Shown piece after piece: positions 61,496 through 64,000 of a stretch of DNA of 64,000 nt. The notes under the pieces are model-generated. The model searched no databases. It had not been told where the DNA came from and saw only the letters and a program-made list of their open reading frames with translations. Position 1 is the stretch's first letter, and each line of letters begins with the position of its first letter. Position numbers and translations under genes: made by a program. Source of the stretch: Camelus ferus (taxonomy: Eukaryota); assembly GCF_009834535.1 (NCBI RefSeq), contig NC_045702.1, positions 27,032,001-27,096,000 of the forward strand, written 5' to 3'.

Positions 61496-62539
61496 GTGCT
61501 TAATAAACAATCATTTAATGAAAGAATGAACATCACATCCTACTTTTTAAATGCATTAATGTATATGCATTACCTTGAGATGAAATAGAAGACAGTGGTT
61601 TGCAGCCCCCACTTTAGTCTTCCTATTTGCCGCTTTCCAAATATGGAGGAGCATGTTGAAGGGAAAGAACACAGCTCAGGTGGGATTTGACAGGAAGCAG
61701 GTCAGAAGTAACGGAAATAGTTTCTCATGTTTGGGTCACTGATAATTCAGGAACCTGATAGATAGTATGGATTCTTTCCATACAGTATTTCGCCTGAGCT
61801 AAAGTGCAGAGTTTTTTCATAAAATTTTAATGAGATCTAATGCTTTGCCATCTTCTGTCTTTGATAAAATTTTATATAGTTTTCAATAACGCATTCTGAA
61901 AGATGAGATACCAGAATAACTCTATCCTTACTATGCTGATTTACACACATTATTAACATGATGATAATTTCAAGTTCGTAGTTAATAAGATAATCAGTTT
62001 CATAGTAATGAAATTGCATTTACTTACTGTGATATTCCCCAAGAGAAAGTAAGCCAGGAAAGCCGATATAAATAGTTGAATTTCTCCAGGTACCATATTG
62101 ATACAAAGATGTTAATATTGTGAAAACTAAAGGGTAAATGAATTAAAGTTTGAAATGCTAAATCAATACTAAAACATTACTACCAATCAAAGAATAGATT
62201 TTGAGAGTCACACAGATTATTAAAGATCATCCAAACCAGTGCCATTATTTTACAGTAATGGGTTTCAGGGAAGTTAGGCAAATTGCCCAACGTTACCCAC
62301 TAGTCACTACTTACAAAGAAATGTCCTTTCATTAGACCATTATTTTAAACAAAAAGCATCGTATCATTCTTTGTTCAAAGGAAGTTTTGTAGCCAAGCGC
62401 ATGCACATGAATTAGATGGAAGCAGAGTTGAAGAGGGAGACACTGAGGGGCCTGCCAGTCTTCTCCGTGAGGAGCATGGTTTGAAGGCTCTGTACAGTAC
62501 CACCTCTGTCCTTTGGCATTAATATGCAGTAACAGATAA

Positions 62540-62770
62540 AAAATAACAGCCTATGTGTGGGCAGGCCCCATGCTAAGTGCTGTCGGAGATCTTGTCACAC
62601 TCATCTTTCCGTCAAGCCTATGCAGTGAGTACAATTTCTTAACTCCATCTTACAAAAGAAGAAATCAAGGAGTAGAGCTATGAAGTCACTGCACAAGGAG
62701 ATAGAGTGACAGAGCCAGAACCTGAACTCACAGCTACTTGACACCAAAGTCTGTGCTCTAAGTCACTATG
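62540..62770 (-). mobile_element. MIR SINE
   Basis: caggccccatgctaagtgct…ctccatcttacaaaagaagaaatcaagg…gacagagccagaacctgaactc…aaagtctgtgctct. Confidence 0.7.
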
Positions 62771-64000
62771 CTCAAAAGCCCTTCAATTTAAAATATGTTA
62801 TGCATTTTCATAGACTTTATGAGTCTGTTCTATATTCACATTTTTCTTGCCTTTCATAGTCTACAAAATGAGCTCTTAAGTAGGAATTAAACAATCAAAT
62901 TTAGAAGTATGTTATTAGTAAAAGAAAAAAATCTCAGCGATTTCTCCTATAGTTTGGATAATCATAGAGGCGGATACCATCCAGACAGTTCACAAAATAG
63001 GAAGGGTACGAAAGATGATTCTCTTGATTCGTCAGTACTTGTGGGCTTAGCCTGTGACTTGCTATTTGGAAAATTCTTCTAAGCTATCGAGATGTCTAGA
63101 ATCCTATGTGATAACTAAGCAGAGCAAATCAAGAGTTTAGAACCATCTGGGGTTATGATAACACCAAGAGGGCAAAAAAATTTCACCTTTCTGCGTCAGT
63201 GCAGATGGAATAGTAGTGATTACGTTGTGATCCATCGGCAAAGTCTGAAATGGTCACGGAGGGGAGGCGGTATCACCAGAGTCATGTGTTTGGTTTTCTT
63301 GTATAAACCCGTTTATGTCATTCATTTGGGCTTTACCAGTCTACAGAAACACTGTAATCATTACTACGTAGTATTAGGAGTTTGTCGATCTGTAGTTTGA
63401 AGGTGTTGGGAATATAAAAATATGTAACACATAGTACAGCACTTGGCTTATAATAATATATTCAATCAATGACACCCAGTATTATCTTTATTACTTTATT
63501 TTTTATAAGAAACATCTAAATAAGATAATTTCTTGCTTCAGCACAGAATTATGTAACAAAAATATCTGCCATTTAAATTCCCCACTCTGTCCACAGAGTT
63601 CTTCTAAATATGTACTTTTCTTGAAAGCTGATGCTCCCTAGAATTTAGTAATTTATTGGTTGCTGAGCTAAGCCAAGCAGTCGACCTGTTTCTTCCTATA
63701 GATTTTAACCAACTGCGAGCAAACACAGAGAGCCACGTGACAGTCTGATACAGTACTGGCTTTGTTATTACATGCAACAACAGAAAACTCAGGCTTCCTA
63801 TTTTAAACCAAGTGGACCATTGCAATGGGAAAGTTCTGCCTTGAGCCACAGGCAGACAGGAAGCAAAAGTGAGGAGAAATGCTTTGCTTAAGAAAGAAGC
63901 AAGAGAAAGACAGAAAGAGGGAGTGAGAAAAGAAGGGAGAAGAGTGAGAATGAGGTGAGTGTTACAGAGAACTGCTTTCTACTTTTAGTTAAAGGAAATG

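Noticed and set aside
575-63849. The ~110 ORFs of 60-160 aa in the supplied track
   Set aside because: None matches a protein family I recognise. Many lie in L2, MLT1 or SINE repeats or are low-complexity F/L/K-rich translations, as expected by chance in mammalian non-coding DNA.

Overview
This is AT-rich eukaryotic (placental mammal) genomic DNA, not prokaryotic. It has no operons, CRISPR arrays or rRNA genes, and I recognise no protein-coding gene with confidence. A tRNA-Ala(AGC)-derived SINE (44756-44880) and a short L1 3' terminus (10016-10125) resemble camelid (alpaca/camel) elements as I recall them; this taxon call is inference. The window is dominated by old interspersed repeats: L2, MIR, L1M, MaLR/ERVL solo LTRs, and hAT elements including a Zaphod-like transposase relic with nested L1 insertions. 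There are also microsatellites, two assembly gaps and several unique stretches that look like cis-regulatory elements. The supplied ORF track is almost entirely chance ORFs. The most notable unexplained structure is a set of minus-strand exon-like cassettes. Five of them (21251 to 2844) splice in phase into a 109-aa ORF I cannot assign to any family, and others further upstream suggest a long spliced, possibly non-coding transcript. This is a low-confidence hypothesis, because phase-consistent chains can also be built by chance here. All repeat family names come from pattern recall and need RepeatMasker/Dfam confirmation; repeat boundaries are approximate. I found no well-supported novel biological system.
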